Source: Dipteris shenzhenensis
Taxonomy: Eukaryota
Length of the DNA stretch: 64,000 nt
Reading direction: 5' to 3' (one strand)
Assembly: GCA_047967505.1 (NCBI GenBank)
Contig: CM106538.1
Shown: piece after piece, positions 33,273-45,364 of the stretch
Layout of the letters: every line of letters begins with the position of its first letter
Position numbering within the stretch: the stretch's first letter is position 1
The notes under the pieces: generated by a model
Database searches by the model: none
The model's input: only the letters and a program-made list of their open reading frames with translations
Told to the model about the DNA's origin: nothing
Made by a program: the position numbers and the translations under genes

Positions 33273-33400
33273 CATTCCTTACAATCTATATTACACATAG
33301 TCCACCTTTGGCACTCTTTTTTGTTCCTAAAATCATTCTTACAATCTATATTACACATAGTCCACCTTTTGGCACCCTTTTTTGTTCCTAAAATCATTCT
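33273..33400. repeat. Two-copy tandem duplication, unit about 60 bp
   Basis: CTTACAATCTATATTACACATAGTCCACCTTT...GTTCCTAAAATCATT occurs twice. Confidence 0.85.
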
Positions 33401-34005
33401 TGACTTGACATGGAGTTTTAAGTGTATCATTTCATAACCATACCTTACCCTCTTACTTACACTTAAACGTGGAATACTAGATCAAGATCTTCAATCCATT
33501 GAGTTGCTGGTATGACCGAACCATATGCAACTAGTATATGCATCTATTTGTGCAATGGGAATGTTCCCATGAAGTGCCATGATGGGTAGGTACTTCATGA
33601 TTGGCATAGCCCATGAGGAGGTTGTAATGGATTATGGTAGGCTAAGCAAGGTATATAGGATATATCCTATAGGTCCTTTAAATAGATAAAAGGAATGAGA
33701 AGAGTGATATATAAGCTTTGATTCATCATATTGCATACATAAGGCAATGACCGTAGCCCTAGTAAGGGCAAGGATTTGATATAAGAGCTATGTGCTCTTG
33801 AACACTATTAAGCCAAATCCTAGCCAAAGACTAGAACAATAGCATTTGTTTATCATTGCACTAAATATTATCTAAGGCTTTGCGAGACACCAATAGCCTA
33901 GCTTGCCAACGAAAAGTTGAACTTGAAGGAAATGTATAAAAAGTGAAGGCTAGGCCCTTCGATTAGGGAAGGATTAAATATTTATGTAATCACATGACTA
34001 TATGA

Positions 34006-34029
34006 CTATACATACATACATACATACAT

Positions 34030-34112
<83 letters not shown>

Positions 34113-34431
34113 GGGGGATGTTTTTTGGGGAGCATCTTTTGGCGAGCTTGCCCAAAAATGGCGAGCATACTCTCTCTCTTCCCTCTTCTCTCTTTGAATG
34201 TATGTTTCCCTCTCTCTAATCGCACATGTACTCGCTCTTCTTCATATATATATATATATATATATAGGGGGATGTTTTTTGGGGAGCATCTTTTGGCGAG
34301 CTTGCCCAAAAATGGCGAGCATACTCTCTCTCTTCTCTCTTCTCTCTTTGAATGTATGTTTCCCTCTCTCTAATCGCACATGTACTCGCTCTTCTTCTCT
34401 ACTCCCGTCTACCCAGTCATCCCCCTTTCAC

Positions 34432-34497
<66 letters not shown>

Positions 34498-34530
34498 CCC
34501 TCTATCCCCCCCTCCCCCCCCCCCCTCTGG
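34006..34530. repeat. Compound microsatellite cluster (TACA)n(CA)n(TA)n, a two-copy ~155-bp unit, then poly-C and (CT)n
   Basis: Seen directly; the unit (TA)nGGGGGATGTTTTTTGGGGAGCATC...GTACTCGCTCTTCTTC lies at ~34098-34243 and ~34244-34396. Confidence 0.9.
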
Positions 34531-34559
34531 GTATATATAAAATACTAAAATAAGCATAC

Positions 34560-35750
34560 TAAGAAACATTCCATAGGAAGAACTTGAACTTGAACGGTAG
34601 AGGGGACTTCCAAGTGTCTTCAAATCTAGCTCTCCACCACCTTGGGCTTCTACGAGTATTCCAAATACCAATTAGGTCCTAGCCTCTCGCATTCCTTTTT
34701 ATCAACTCTCTGTAACAGATCCTAGGCACTAACTTGGACATCTTAGAGCGCCCTACCATCCATTGGCACTCCCTCCATTGAGGAGAAGGACAAGAATTTG
34801 TCGGCCACGGTTGAGGCGCACTGGCCACTACATTCGAGAGAAAGGAAGCTTCATTCTACATAAGTCTGAACTCTTGCTTTACCCTATCCAAAGGTTTCCA
34901 AAAGAATTGGTTCTGATCCCACAAATTCAGCCAGCATTTCACCCCTTTTTTTAACAAGGCCCTGGCTCTTTGGAAATTAAACGCAGCCATTGGTTTTCCC
35001 TCTACTGTAGTAGCTAACCCCCACAAAATACTTTCCAACAAACTGGAGTCACCTCTCAATCCCACCCTGCCTTTCCACTTTAGTAACGGCATAGAGAGTT
35101 TCCAAGCTTCAATCAGACCAAAAATCAGGTCCGACGAACCCTTGACTTTCAAAGGGAACCATCAAACTAACTTGTCATGCCACAAAAGGTTATTCCAAGA
35201 GCCAACCCCCTCCCCACCACTGTTATTCACGAAATCTATGATTACCTTAGCCCAAGGCACTAAGCTTTTTACAACCTTGGGCCATTTGACAATCAAGGAT
35301 ACATTCGTAGTCGAATGTCAGGAAGAGCAATTCCCCTTAAGTTCTTAGATGCCTTCAATGGCTCCTAGGTAATGTAATGAAGACGCCTTACCCCTAGCTC
35401 TTTAGCCCAAAGAAAAGCCCTCAGCATCCTCTCTATTTTCTGCCAATGCGAAGGTCTAAAAAACCCACTGATGAAACATAAGTAGTAGATGCTGCTAAAA
35501 CATGCTTGATCAATAAGGCCCCGGCATTCCACCACAGCATCAGCCCACTCCATAGTTGCAGCTTCACTCTTATGCGATGCCTTACCCAATAAAAATGCTG
35601 CCTGAGGGTAAGACCAAGATCTAGAGGGGCCCCCAAATACCATACAATCTGATCTCTAGCCACCCAATTCGCAGGTAGGGAGAGAGCCCTAGGGTCCAAA
35701 GAGGTCCTTAATGCATAACTCTTTTTAAGATTACAGACCGACCCCGCATT
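34560..35750 (-). mobile_element. Degenerate L1-clade LINE ORF2 fragment (post-RT region)
   Basis: WYLGAPLDLG...KLQLWS and KIERMLRAFLW motifs typical of L1 ORF2 after the RT core; many stops and frameshifts. Confidence 0.6.
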
Positions 35751-35849
35751 AGGAAAAAGTGGAGCTCATTTTGGGGTCTTGTAAGAAATTCTTGATTTTC
35801 TAATTTTATTGGCTCAAAATTAAAATTTTATAGAGTGAGAAGCACGAAT

Positions 35850-38800
35850 TAATACAGTCAAGCATTCAATCGGAGATATAAAATGCGAAACAAATAAGCT
35901 GACATTTTGAAGTTCCTGTTTGGACAGATGGATGCAAATGGCTCAGTAATTAGGGGTCTTGAAGTAAAAATCTAGGAAGATATCAAGGAAAACTTGCAAG
36001 TTGTTGACATTGGGACACCCAGCATATACACATGGTGCAATAGACAGATAGGCAATCTAAGGAGAGAAGCCAAATTGGACAGAGTGTACATTGCCCAATC
36101 TCTAATTGATCAGGCTTTAGAAGTCAAACAATTAACTTCTCCTCTCTCACTTTGTCAAATCACAAGCCAGTTTTAGCTTGTATTGATTTGGGAAACGGGA
36201 AAAAAGAAAATTATTGGTTTAAAGCTGATCCATCCTTGTTCAAGCTGCAGAACACATTATAGAGAAATGGAATTTTTTATTTCTCTACAATAGATTCACA
36301 TTCTCAGGGTTGGCAAGATGCTGTAGAGAGTGTCCACACAATTCTAAAGGAGGCCAAAAAAAACAGAGCCGCTATCAAAGCAAGAAGAATGGACAAACTA
36401 AAGATGGAGATTGAAATACCGAAACAAAGAGCAAGGGTGAATGATATTAATGCCCAGCAACAATTACTGGATAAAAGAAAGAAAATCGAGATATAATAGT
36501 AGATTAAGATTCATAATGCCAATATTTATTTCAGGGAATGGTGGGCAGGCAAGGTAGACAGACCAACCAAGGAAAATTTCATGAGGATCAAGAAAAAGAG
36601 GCATCAAGAGGAAATTTCTTTGCTACAGAAGGAAGATGGAGAGGTGGCCAAAACAGAAGAAGAAAATGTGGACATTATTATCAGTCATTTCAAGAACTTG
36701 ATGAGTACAATGGACACAACAGATGACAAGGTCCTGGAGGCTAGAGATAGGTGTCAAACAGTCAGACAAATTAAAGTGTCTAACTTAAATAGAATTCATC
36801 TAAAAAATGATCTCTCCCTACAGGAACTTGAGGTAGCCTTTTCAATGGCTGATGGCAAAACACCTCGAGAAGATGGGCTTCCTGTAGAGTTCTACAAGTT
36901 TTTTTGGGACATAGTTGGACCTTCTTTATTGGCTATTTGGAGAGAGAGTGCTGATTAGGGCTTTCTTCCAAACCACCTAAATGGAGGTGTGATAAAGCTC
37001 ATCCCAAAAGAAGGAGACATATTAGTTCTAAAAAACTGGAGACCCCTCACTATGTTAAATTGTTCCTATAAGATTTATGCCAAAGCCAGATTGAGGTGTA
37101 AAATGGACAACTGGATTCTACAGGAACAGAAAGGATTCATTAAAAATAGACATCTTCTGGAGGCAATTATCAACTTATGGGAAGGCTGCACACATGCTGA
37201 AGAAAGCAATCAATATATTTGTTTAATAAAAATAGACTTTGATAAGGCATATGACAGGCTGAATTGGGACTTTCTGCTACAATCCCTTAATAGCTTGGGG
37301 TTGGGAACCAAGTTCACCTCCTTTGTTGCCCTACTACTCTCCAATGCCTCAACAAAGGTTTGGGTTAATGGAGAGATGTCCTAGGGCTTCATGCTGAAAA
37401 GATCCATAAGACAAGTATGCCCTTTGGCTCCTCTCTTATTTGCCATAGCTGTTAATGCCTTGGGATGGCTGATAAAAGACCAAGTGTCAAAGGGTGAAAT
37501 TAATGGTATTGAGCTCCCTTGAGGAAAGCATCTAGTCAACTAGCAATTTGCAGATGACACCACTCTCACCATCAAAAACACAGACATAGATATACAAAGA
37601 GATATGGATTGTATGGACATCCTCTGTATGGCATCTGGATCTAAAATAAATCACTCAAAAATTGGGTATGCCTTGATAACTAGAGACTCCCAAAACCTTC
37701 TAGATCAGATGGGATGCAAGAGAATTCCTCATGGATAGATCTTCAAACTATTGGGTATCCCTATGGGTTTCAAAGCTAAGATGAAAGATAGGTGGGAATG
37801 GTTTCTAGAAAGGTTTTTTTTTTAATAGATAGACTTAGAGGGTTGCACGCAAACTTAGCAGGGAGGAGGGTAGTGCTAAACCATTGCATATACCCAATAG
37901 TTATTTTCTATTTCTCATGGTGGTGTCCTTCCAAAATAGGATTAGAAAAGTTTATAAGAATCTGCAAATCCTTCCTATGGGGGAGGGTGTGACACAACAA
38001 GAAGAAAAGCCAAGGTCAAATGGGCTTTCTGTACCAGGCCCAGAAAGGAAGGAGGTTTGGGAGTTATTAATATACAGTTGGCAACATACAAATTAGTAGC
38101 CACATGGATAATAAAAGTCATCACTTCTCCTAAAAGTGACTGGGCTAACCTCCTTCTTAGAAATTTCAAGTATGTTAGACCTTATAGGGCCCCTAAGGAC
38201 TTTCCTTTTCTCTCAACCATAGGCAACCCAGAACCTTACACAACCAAGGGGAGCCAGCTTTGGAAAACTCTATGGTGGGCCTTTGAGCAGATCAAAAGTC
38301 ACATTATCCTCTTTGGAAAAGGGAGCATCATGGCTCTAGATCCAATTTGGGTGTCTGTCTTCTTCACCAAACAATAGTTAAGTGATGAGGACTTCCTAAA
38401 AGCATGGCATCTTTCAAAGAAGGGGTTATTATGTTGGGGAGATGTGTGGGACAAAACCAACTTCAAGCGGAAGTCATGGCTTGAGATAAGAAGGAAATTT
38501 AAACTCAATAATGCAGACCAAGAGTTGATTATGAGCAAAATATAGTTGTGGGAGGGAGACATCACGTGGAAAGGGGGCAGGGTCCTAAACTTCTCTAGAG
38601 AGTTTGGTTGGGTAGGCAATTCATCCCTCTTACCTATCCCCACTCCCTCTGAAGGCATTGAAGAGGTTGTGACCAAACTTAATGCAAGATGGAACAGTGC
38701 TGATACTGAAAGGAAATGGGGTAACAGATTTCAACTGATCTAGGATAGAAGAATCCCAGAGAAAATGTCCACTTTGTTATGGCTAATTCTGCACAAGGCT

Positions 38801-39160
38801 ATCTGGACTAATTGCAGGAGCCTCAGGATCGGTAAGGGAGATGGTACTTGCAAATACTGTTTTGGTATCAAGGAGAACATTTTCCATTTGTTTATAGCTT
38901 GCCCTAGAGCAAGAAAGGTCTGGAGAGTTGTTCAGTTAAGGAAAGGGGAATGAATAAACTGGAAGTCTATTCTATTGGGAGATGCACTCAAACTTCCTTA
39001 TGCTACATGGGTATACATTAGGGCACATGAATTATGGTTTATTTGGATTTCCAAAAATGCTTATCAATTCAATGAAGAGGTCATGCGTGCTGATCAGATC
39101 TTTTTTAATTGGTATGAAATATTTTTCCTACTAATTGAACACTACTTGTTGTGGTCCAAG
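35850..39160 (+). mobile_element. Degenerate L1-clade LINE ORF2 (endonuclease end, RT, zf-RVT)
   Basis: YTWCNRQ...AKLDRVYI; KTPREDGLPVEFYKFFWDIVG; LIPKEGD...KNWRPLTMLNCSYKIYAK; KIDFDKAYDRLNWDFL; QFADDTTL; CKYC...ENIFHLFIACPRARKVW. Confidence 0.93.
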
Positions 39161-39164
39161 ACAA

Positions 39165-41900
39165 TCCATGAACGAGTACAGAGCATGACCAGCTACTATC
39201 TCTAGCACCCTATCAGTGAAGGGCAAGGGGAACCTATCCATGAACAAGTATAGAGCATGACTAGCTACTGTCTCTAGCACCCTATCAATGAAGGGCAGGG
39301 GGAACCTATCTCACCTTGTGGTGCCATTTAAACTCCAATAGTCCACACACACTTGAAGCTTGCCTGTCTCCCTTTTGGGCATGATTACAATTCCACTGAC
39401 CCACTCAGAGTAGCCCACGGGATATATTAGCCTAGCTTGTTCCATTTTGTGGATGTCAGCTTGGACAGCCTTGCCATAGTTGGGATCCATGCGGTAAGGG
39501 CCTTTGATCACTGGGTCGCCTCTGGGTATAGGTCGATGTGGTGCTCCATGAACTCAGTCGGGACTCCTTTAAATCTTGTTAGGACCAAGCAAAGACATCC
39601 ACATATTCCTTGAAAAAATCAATTAAAGCAGCAAGAAGGTACTCATGCTCCTAGACCCAACTTGCTACCTTCAAATGTCGAGGGTCTTTCTTAGTCCTGA
39701 TCTTGAGGTATCGTCAACTGATCCACTTGGGGAATACTTGTGGATGTGGGGTGGCTAGTTGCTCCTTCCCCCAACCCTACATGTGCGGGAGTCCCCCACT
39801 CACTTCCCTCAACCAAGATGGAGGAAAGGATGCTGATGTGATCTCTAGAACTAGTTGAGATGTAGAAGGGGCATTAGTAGAGGACTAATTTTTACCCTTT
39901 TGTGCCTACTTGAGCATCCCACGGTATGGTAAGCCTTCCAAGAACATCTTCTGTATTATTGAGATCTGCTTCAGAAAGGTACAAGTCAAACAAGGTAAGG
40001 TCCCTAACATCTTCTTCTTCAGGTACAAGGTGTGTCTGCCTAGTACTCAAGAAAGCTTTAACTCCAGTGCGTATGTGAACTACTCCCCATAGGTGCTCTC
40101 CTTGGTCTTGGTTTTGGCTATGCCTAGCATCATGCCTGAAAGTGCACTGTGTCCTTGTAAGAGGCAATGTCCACACCATTAGTCTTTGGTCGTCAACACT
40201 AGTCATGTTGTTGTCAGGCTTAGCTTCTGGACCATCCACCCATCCAGTACTCTCCAGGTCATCTGCATCACTGTCATTGATCTCCATTGTACTATTAGTA
40301 TCATGAGACTACTCATTTGAGTGGTTGTGGCCCCCTTGATGGTTGGTGCTAACCATGTCATGTGTCAACATTGGACCTAGCTCTTGAGGGTCGTTGCTGC
40401 ACATGTCATGTGTCAACCTTGGACCTTCTTGCTCATCGACTCTCGTGTGATCTCAGCATCAACCTCCCCTATAGTTGTGTGAACCATCCATCGATACATG
40501 TGAGGATTTTTGCAAAGACCAAAGGGCATCATGTGATAGGCGAGTCACTAAGACCAAGGGTCGAAGACGTATCAAGGCTTGCTCTTCTTGGTCCCTCTCA
40601 CTTGGAGGCTAGTCATCATGATCTAGAAAACTAAGTTCCGCCATGTTAACAGACAAGGAGCCCAAGGTGCCCATCCAATCTAAGATAACAATATCATCCT
40701 CATCTGGGTCAACATGATCCGGCAACAAGTACGTCAAGCTTTCAAAACCCTCCATGGTTTGTGCTTCCTCTCCTCCATCTTGTTCATTTGCAATGGGCCA
40801 GTCCCCAAGAGCCCCCAACGCTTCTCTTCCATTCCATCTTGCTCTTAAAAGTCCTCTTCACCTAGTTCGATGGGTCAGTGCTGTGCTTTTCCCATAACCA
40901 TATCTATTTCGAGGGATGTGGATTCTAAGGGCAACTGAACTTCATCTATCGACCAATCTTGAATGGCCTTTGCTAACTGCAAACCATGGTCAACCAAGAA
41001 CTAAAGGGTAGGTTTGTTCATCCTCGATCAGGTCCAAAACAACAAAGTTGGACAAGAATGTCACACTCCCAATCTTCATGTTAACACCCTTGACTGCCCC
41101 CATAGGTTGCTTCACTCTGCGTTGATCAACCATATGGACTTGGAAATAGATGTCACTGGTCAACTTCAAACCCAGTCGTTGTACGTACCATTGGGCATGA
41201 TGTTCACGGCTGCACCCCCATCCAAGAAGACATCCTTCAGCTCCACACCATTAATATCCAAAATGAGCCTAGGACTTTGTTCACGTGTTAGGGCAGCATA
41301 AGTCGAGCAATGACGTCCGTCCTGAATCGGCCCAGTCTCTAATGTGGGCCCGCATTCAATAGGTCCCTTGTGTCGACCCCTTGGCATGCGGTTCAAGAAT
41401 GCAATGGTCTGGTCCTTGATTTGTGGGGACAACAAACAAAGTTGACGTAGGGCAATGTTGGGATTAAATTTCATCAAGTCTTGGATCAAGGAGTAGGGTT
41501 GGGTAGTTGCCTTTTGTAACATCATTCTCCTAGCTTCCGTCCAAGGGTCGAAGCTCACATGAGGTGGAGGGTGCAAATGTGAATGTCCAACCATTGACTC
41601 AAGTGATGTTTCTTCTAGGACCTACTTCCCTTTGTATTTTGCCGTACCATGTCTCAAATTTCCATAGCCCATGACTCATGTAATGTTTCTTCTATCACCT
41701 GCTTCCCTTTGTCTTGTGCCATACCATGTCTCAATGGTCCTCTTTCATGGAGAAGATTGGAAGGTCATGTTTGCTCCTCCTTACCCTTGTTCTATCCTAG
41801 GGTTGTCACCTCCTTTGCGAACTGCACTATTTTGAACTTCCAAGAAGGAAATTGAGTGTTGGCTCTTTCCCACGGCTTTCGCAGGAAGAGCAGGATATTC
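39165..41900 (-). mobile_element. Ty3/gypsy relic (protease and start of RT), truncated at a two-copy ~70-bp duplication (39165-39310)
   Basis: Aspartic protease VFLDGGAAVNIMP (~41195-41235); RT N-terminus PYRMDP...EWVSGIVIMPKRETGKLQVCVDY...FPLPFIDRVLE, downstream of PR as in gypsy order. Confidence 0.85.
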
Positions 41901-42122
41901 TCAGTATGCAGGGTTTTGAGGCTTTTTGTCACCTACAGATATATTGGGGTTGTTGTTTGTAGTATACGTGTAGCTTAGGACCTCGAGTAATGTTTTGGTG
42001 AGAGACGTAGGCTTAAGTGTGGTAAGCAAACATAGTGCATGCATGTGTAAAAGGAACGTGTATCATCATGGTTGAGGTAATGAAGGCTTTCGTCTTCATA
42101 AGGGGTTGCAGGGTTTAGGAGA

Positions 42123-42310
42123 AGTTTAAGGGTTAGAAGGAGGTTCTAGGGTTTAGAAGGAGGTTCCAAGGTTTAGAAGAGGTTCCAGGGTTTAGAAGGA
42201 GGTTCCAAGGTTTAGAAGAGGTTCCAGGGTTAGAAGGAGGTCCAAGGTTTAGAGAGAGGTTCCAAGGTTTAGAGAGAGGTTCTAGAGTTTAGAAGAGGTT
42301 CCAAGGTTAA
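42123..42310. repeat. Minisatellite of about 19-21 bp (GGTTTAGAAGGAGGTTCCAA), roughly 9 copies, followed by a purine-rich tract at 42400-42500
   Basis: Seen directly. Confidence 0.85.
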
Positions 42311-43038
42311 GGGTCGAGTACATGGTGGAGAACTCGTCCTCCTTGTAGATCATGGAGGTTAAGGGTTGAGGAACTAAGGGTTTAGGGGGAGCATAGGAGT
42401 GGGAGAGGAAGAAGGTGTAGCAGCATGGGGGAAAGAAGAGAGAGGAGGGAGGAGGAGAAAGAGGAGGGAGAAGGAGGAAGGAGAAGGAGGAGGGAGAAAG
42501 AACTCTCTTAGTACAAAAGGAATAGATGAACCCTATATGTGGGTCTCAAACCAAACTCAACTAACCTAGGTGGCATACTAACTGAGCCACTAACTAGAGT
42601 ACATAAAGATAGCTGTCATCCAGCTATTATTCATGGGCGGTGTACCAACCGCATTTGCAGCTAACAAGTCGGTGACATAAATGCACAATAGTCACCCTGG
42701 CATATCACGAGTGGACCTCGATATCTCAACACAAACATGCTGAGAATGAAGTGTTTGATGCCCAGGCATGTGCTTCCAACTTTAACTATCACTAGTCCCA
42801 TCTTGAGCTGCATTTGTATATATTCATTCAATAATTCTAAGACTTGGTCCATGTTGTATCATGTTTGCAAGGAAGCCGCAGTTGACCTGCACTCAAAGCA
42901 TTTGTCAGAGTTGGGAAGCCAGCATGCTCTGGCTTTGCAGATGCACATGACTTAAAGAGCAAGAGGCATGAATAGCTTGTACCTACCCCTCTTCATCCCC
43001 GATGTGTAGTAAAGGGCCAAATCAATGTTGCAAGGTGG

Positions 43039-43173
43039 TGCATAGGTTGTGGGATGGCCCTTGAGCATGAGAATGCCATGATGTTGGTATGCTTGCCATG
43101 CAAACATAGCTATTATGTTCTGTGCTTTGCCACAACTTGCTCCATGGGCTCATCATGTAGGGCTTCCAATTGC
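43039..43173 (+). pseudogene. RING-finger-like coding remnant
   Basis: CIGC-x14-LPCKHSYYVLC-x10-C-x4-C has RING-H2-like spacing with the second His replaced by Tyr (TAT). An upstream in-frame stop and no full gene are visible. Confidence 0.5.
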
Positions 43174-43379
43174 AACTATGTAATTGATGATGCTATGAAG
43201 ACAATGGTTGGGATGTTTGTGGACAATGATACCAAAAAGCCTCCTGTTGGTATGCTTGGTATGCAATCTGCAACAACAACTGTTGGCAATGATTTTTCTA
43301 GTAAGAAGCATGGTGTAAGGTTGAATGTCTCAAGTTTGCTAATAGACCTCAAATTCAACATACTTGTGTTTTGAGCACA

Positions 43380-44160
43380 TCTTTTATATTACCGCACTTG
43401 TATGTTAGCATATCTATCAACATATTTGTTAGCATGTTAGTTAGTGAAAGTGTGTTATTAGCAGGGGTGCTATTAGCACACCTACCATTACAAAATTTGG
43501 TGCTACATGTAGATTATTATTAGCACATCTTTCTGTTAGTATATGTGGAACCATATCCATTAGCACATATTGTTAGCATACGTCGTACCGTATACAATAG
43601 CACAACATCTGTTAGCACAACTTATGTTAGCACATTTGTTTGTTAGCATATGTGGAACCATATTGCTATTAGAATAACTTATGTTATCACATCTATCTAT
43701 TAGCATACGTGGAACCATATCCATTAGCACATATTGTAAGCATACATGGTACCAAATCCATTAGCACATATATTATTAATAGGTTTTTTATTATCACTTA
43801 TAACATATCTATTATCAACATATGTGCTAATTAGCATACGTGCTATTATCAGGTATGTTAATAACACAAACATGTTATTAGCATATATGCTAATCATCAT
43901 ATCTATTAATAGCATATGTACTAATTAACATATATATTATTATCAGGTATGGCAAATTTGTGCTATTAGCATATTGTTAAAAGCACATATATTATTAGGA
44001 TATGTACTAGTTAGCATATCAGGTATTCTATTAGCATATTTGCTAATTAGCATATCAGTTACTAGCATATGTGCTAATTAGCATATCAGTTACTAGAATA
44101 TTTGTTATTACCATATGTGCACATCTGTTATTAGCATATATGCTAATTACCATATATTTT
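43380..44160. repeat. AT-rich degenerate short-repeat array built on TTAGCA(C/T)A / TGCTAA
   Basis: Dozens of TTAGCA motifs, including palindromic TGCTAATTAGCA. Confidence 0.75.
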
Positions 44161-45364
44161 TGTTGATATAGTATTGTATGGTTAAAGCCACATATGTGTT
44201 TCCACTATTGATTTAAACTATATTGTTCAGATAAGATGGTGAAGAGGACAACTCCTACCCTAAACACCTTGGAGAGGATTTTGCTGCAAAGGAGGAGCTT
44301 GGAAAGGTGGCTGCAACAAATGAATCGGGTGGAGAGGAAAACTTGCACCCAAAGGTCGTCCCCAATGAAGATGTGTCTAGTAATGTCCCCATGCCTAAAG
44401 ATGTGGATGTGATGACAAATGATATTGTTGAAGTATTGAATGACTTGAGAAAGCTTGAGAAGCAATTGGAGGCATCAACTGCTATCCAGATGGACATGGG
44501 TGATGATAGTCCCTTGAAAAACGTGGCTACCAGGTTGGGCAAGAAGAAGAAGTCCACTTCTGCTTCTCTACTTGAACCTTTAAAGAGACAGAAGATGCCA
44601 TCCTACACAATGGAGGATGCTATTGTTAAGAATGTTGTTAAACCATGTGCATGCAAGACGTTGTGATGTACACTATCTTGTTGTTCAAGTCCATGCTAGG
44701 AACCAAGGGTCCTACCCATGTGGTGTTCTTCTACTTTTGAAAACCTATATGTTGTCTAGTAGAACTTGTGACTTGGTCTCCTATAGTTGTAAAGACTTTT
44801 TAGTCCTTTTTACAAATGATAAATAAAATACCCTATTTTGAGGAAAACCCTTGTAAAATTGCTCTCTTACCATGGCAACCCCCATTTGATATATATTTAA
44901 AGCTAAGTAGCTTATGTTCTATGGTACTTTACTTAGCGTAATAGATATTCTACTCAATGCACAAGTTATGCTATTGGGCACAAACTGGTATATTTATGGT
45001 CCCAACTACCCTATGTTAGCTAGTTAGCATTCATGCAGAGAGTACTAACCTAGCAGACTTCTACTCATGTGCTAGCTAGATAACAATTGTAAGCTAATGT
45101 TTTATTGATAGAAACATGCTAGTTAGAGGTACTCCACTTATTTTAGCTTTTGTTGTTGATTGTCATTTTTTGAAGATCCATCAATATGTAATAGAGTTGC
45201 ACACTCCTCAACTCTAGAGCTGCCATATAGAATTGCAAAAAAGGTTGATAACATCGTGAGAGACCTTATAGATGCAAGATATGGCCCAAAAGATATTACA
45301 ACTGTGAATTGTGCCTTTAAGGAAGAACAACCAGTGAGCATACTATCCAATGCCCATCATCGCT

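Noticed and set aside
33998-34671. ORFs with CVCVCV, THTHTH, SLSLSL and ERERER runs (also 55709-56278)
   Set aside because: Translations of microsatellites.
42123-42310. Interstitial telomere
   Set aside because: GGGTTTAG occurs only as part of a ~20-bp unit, not as tandem TTTAGGG.
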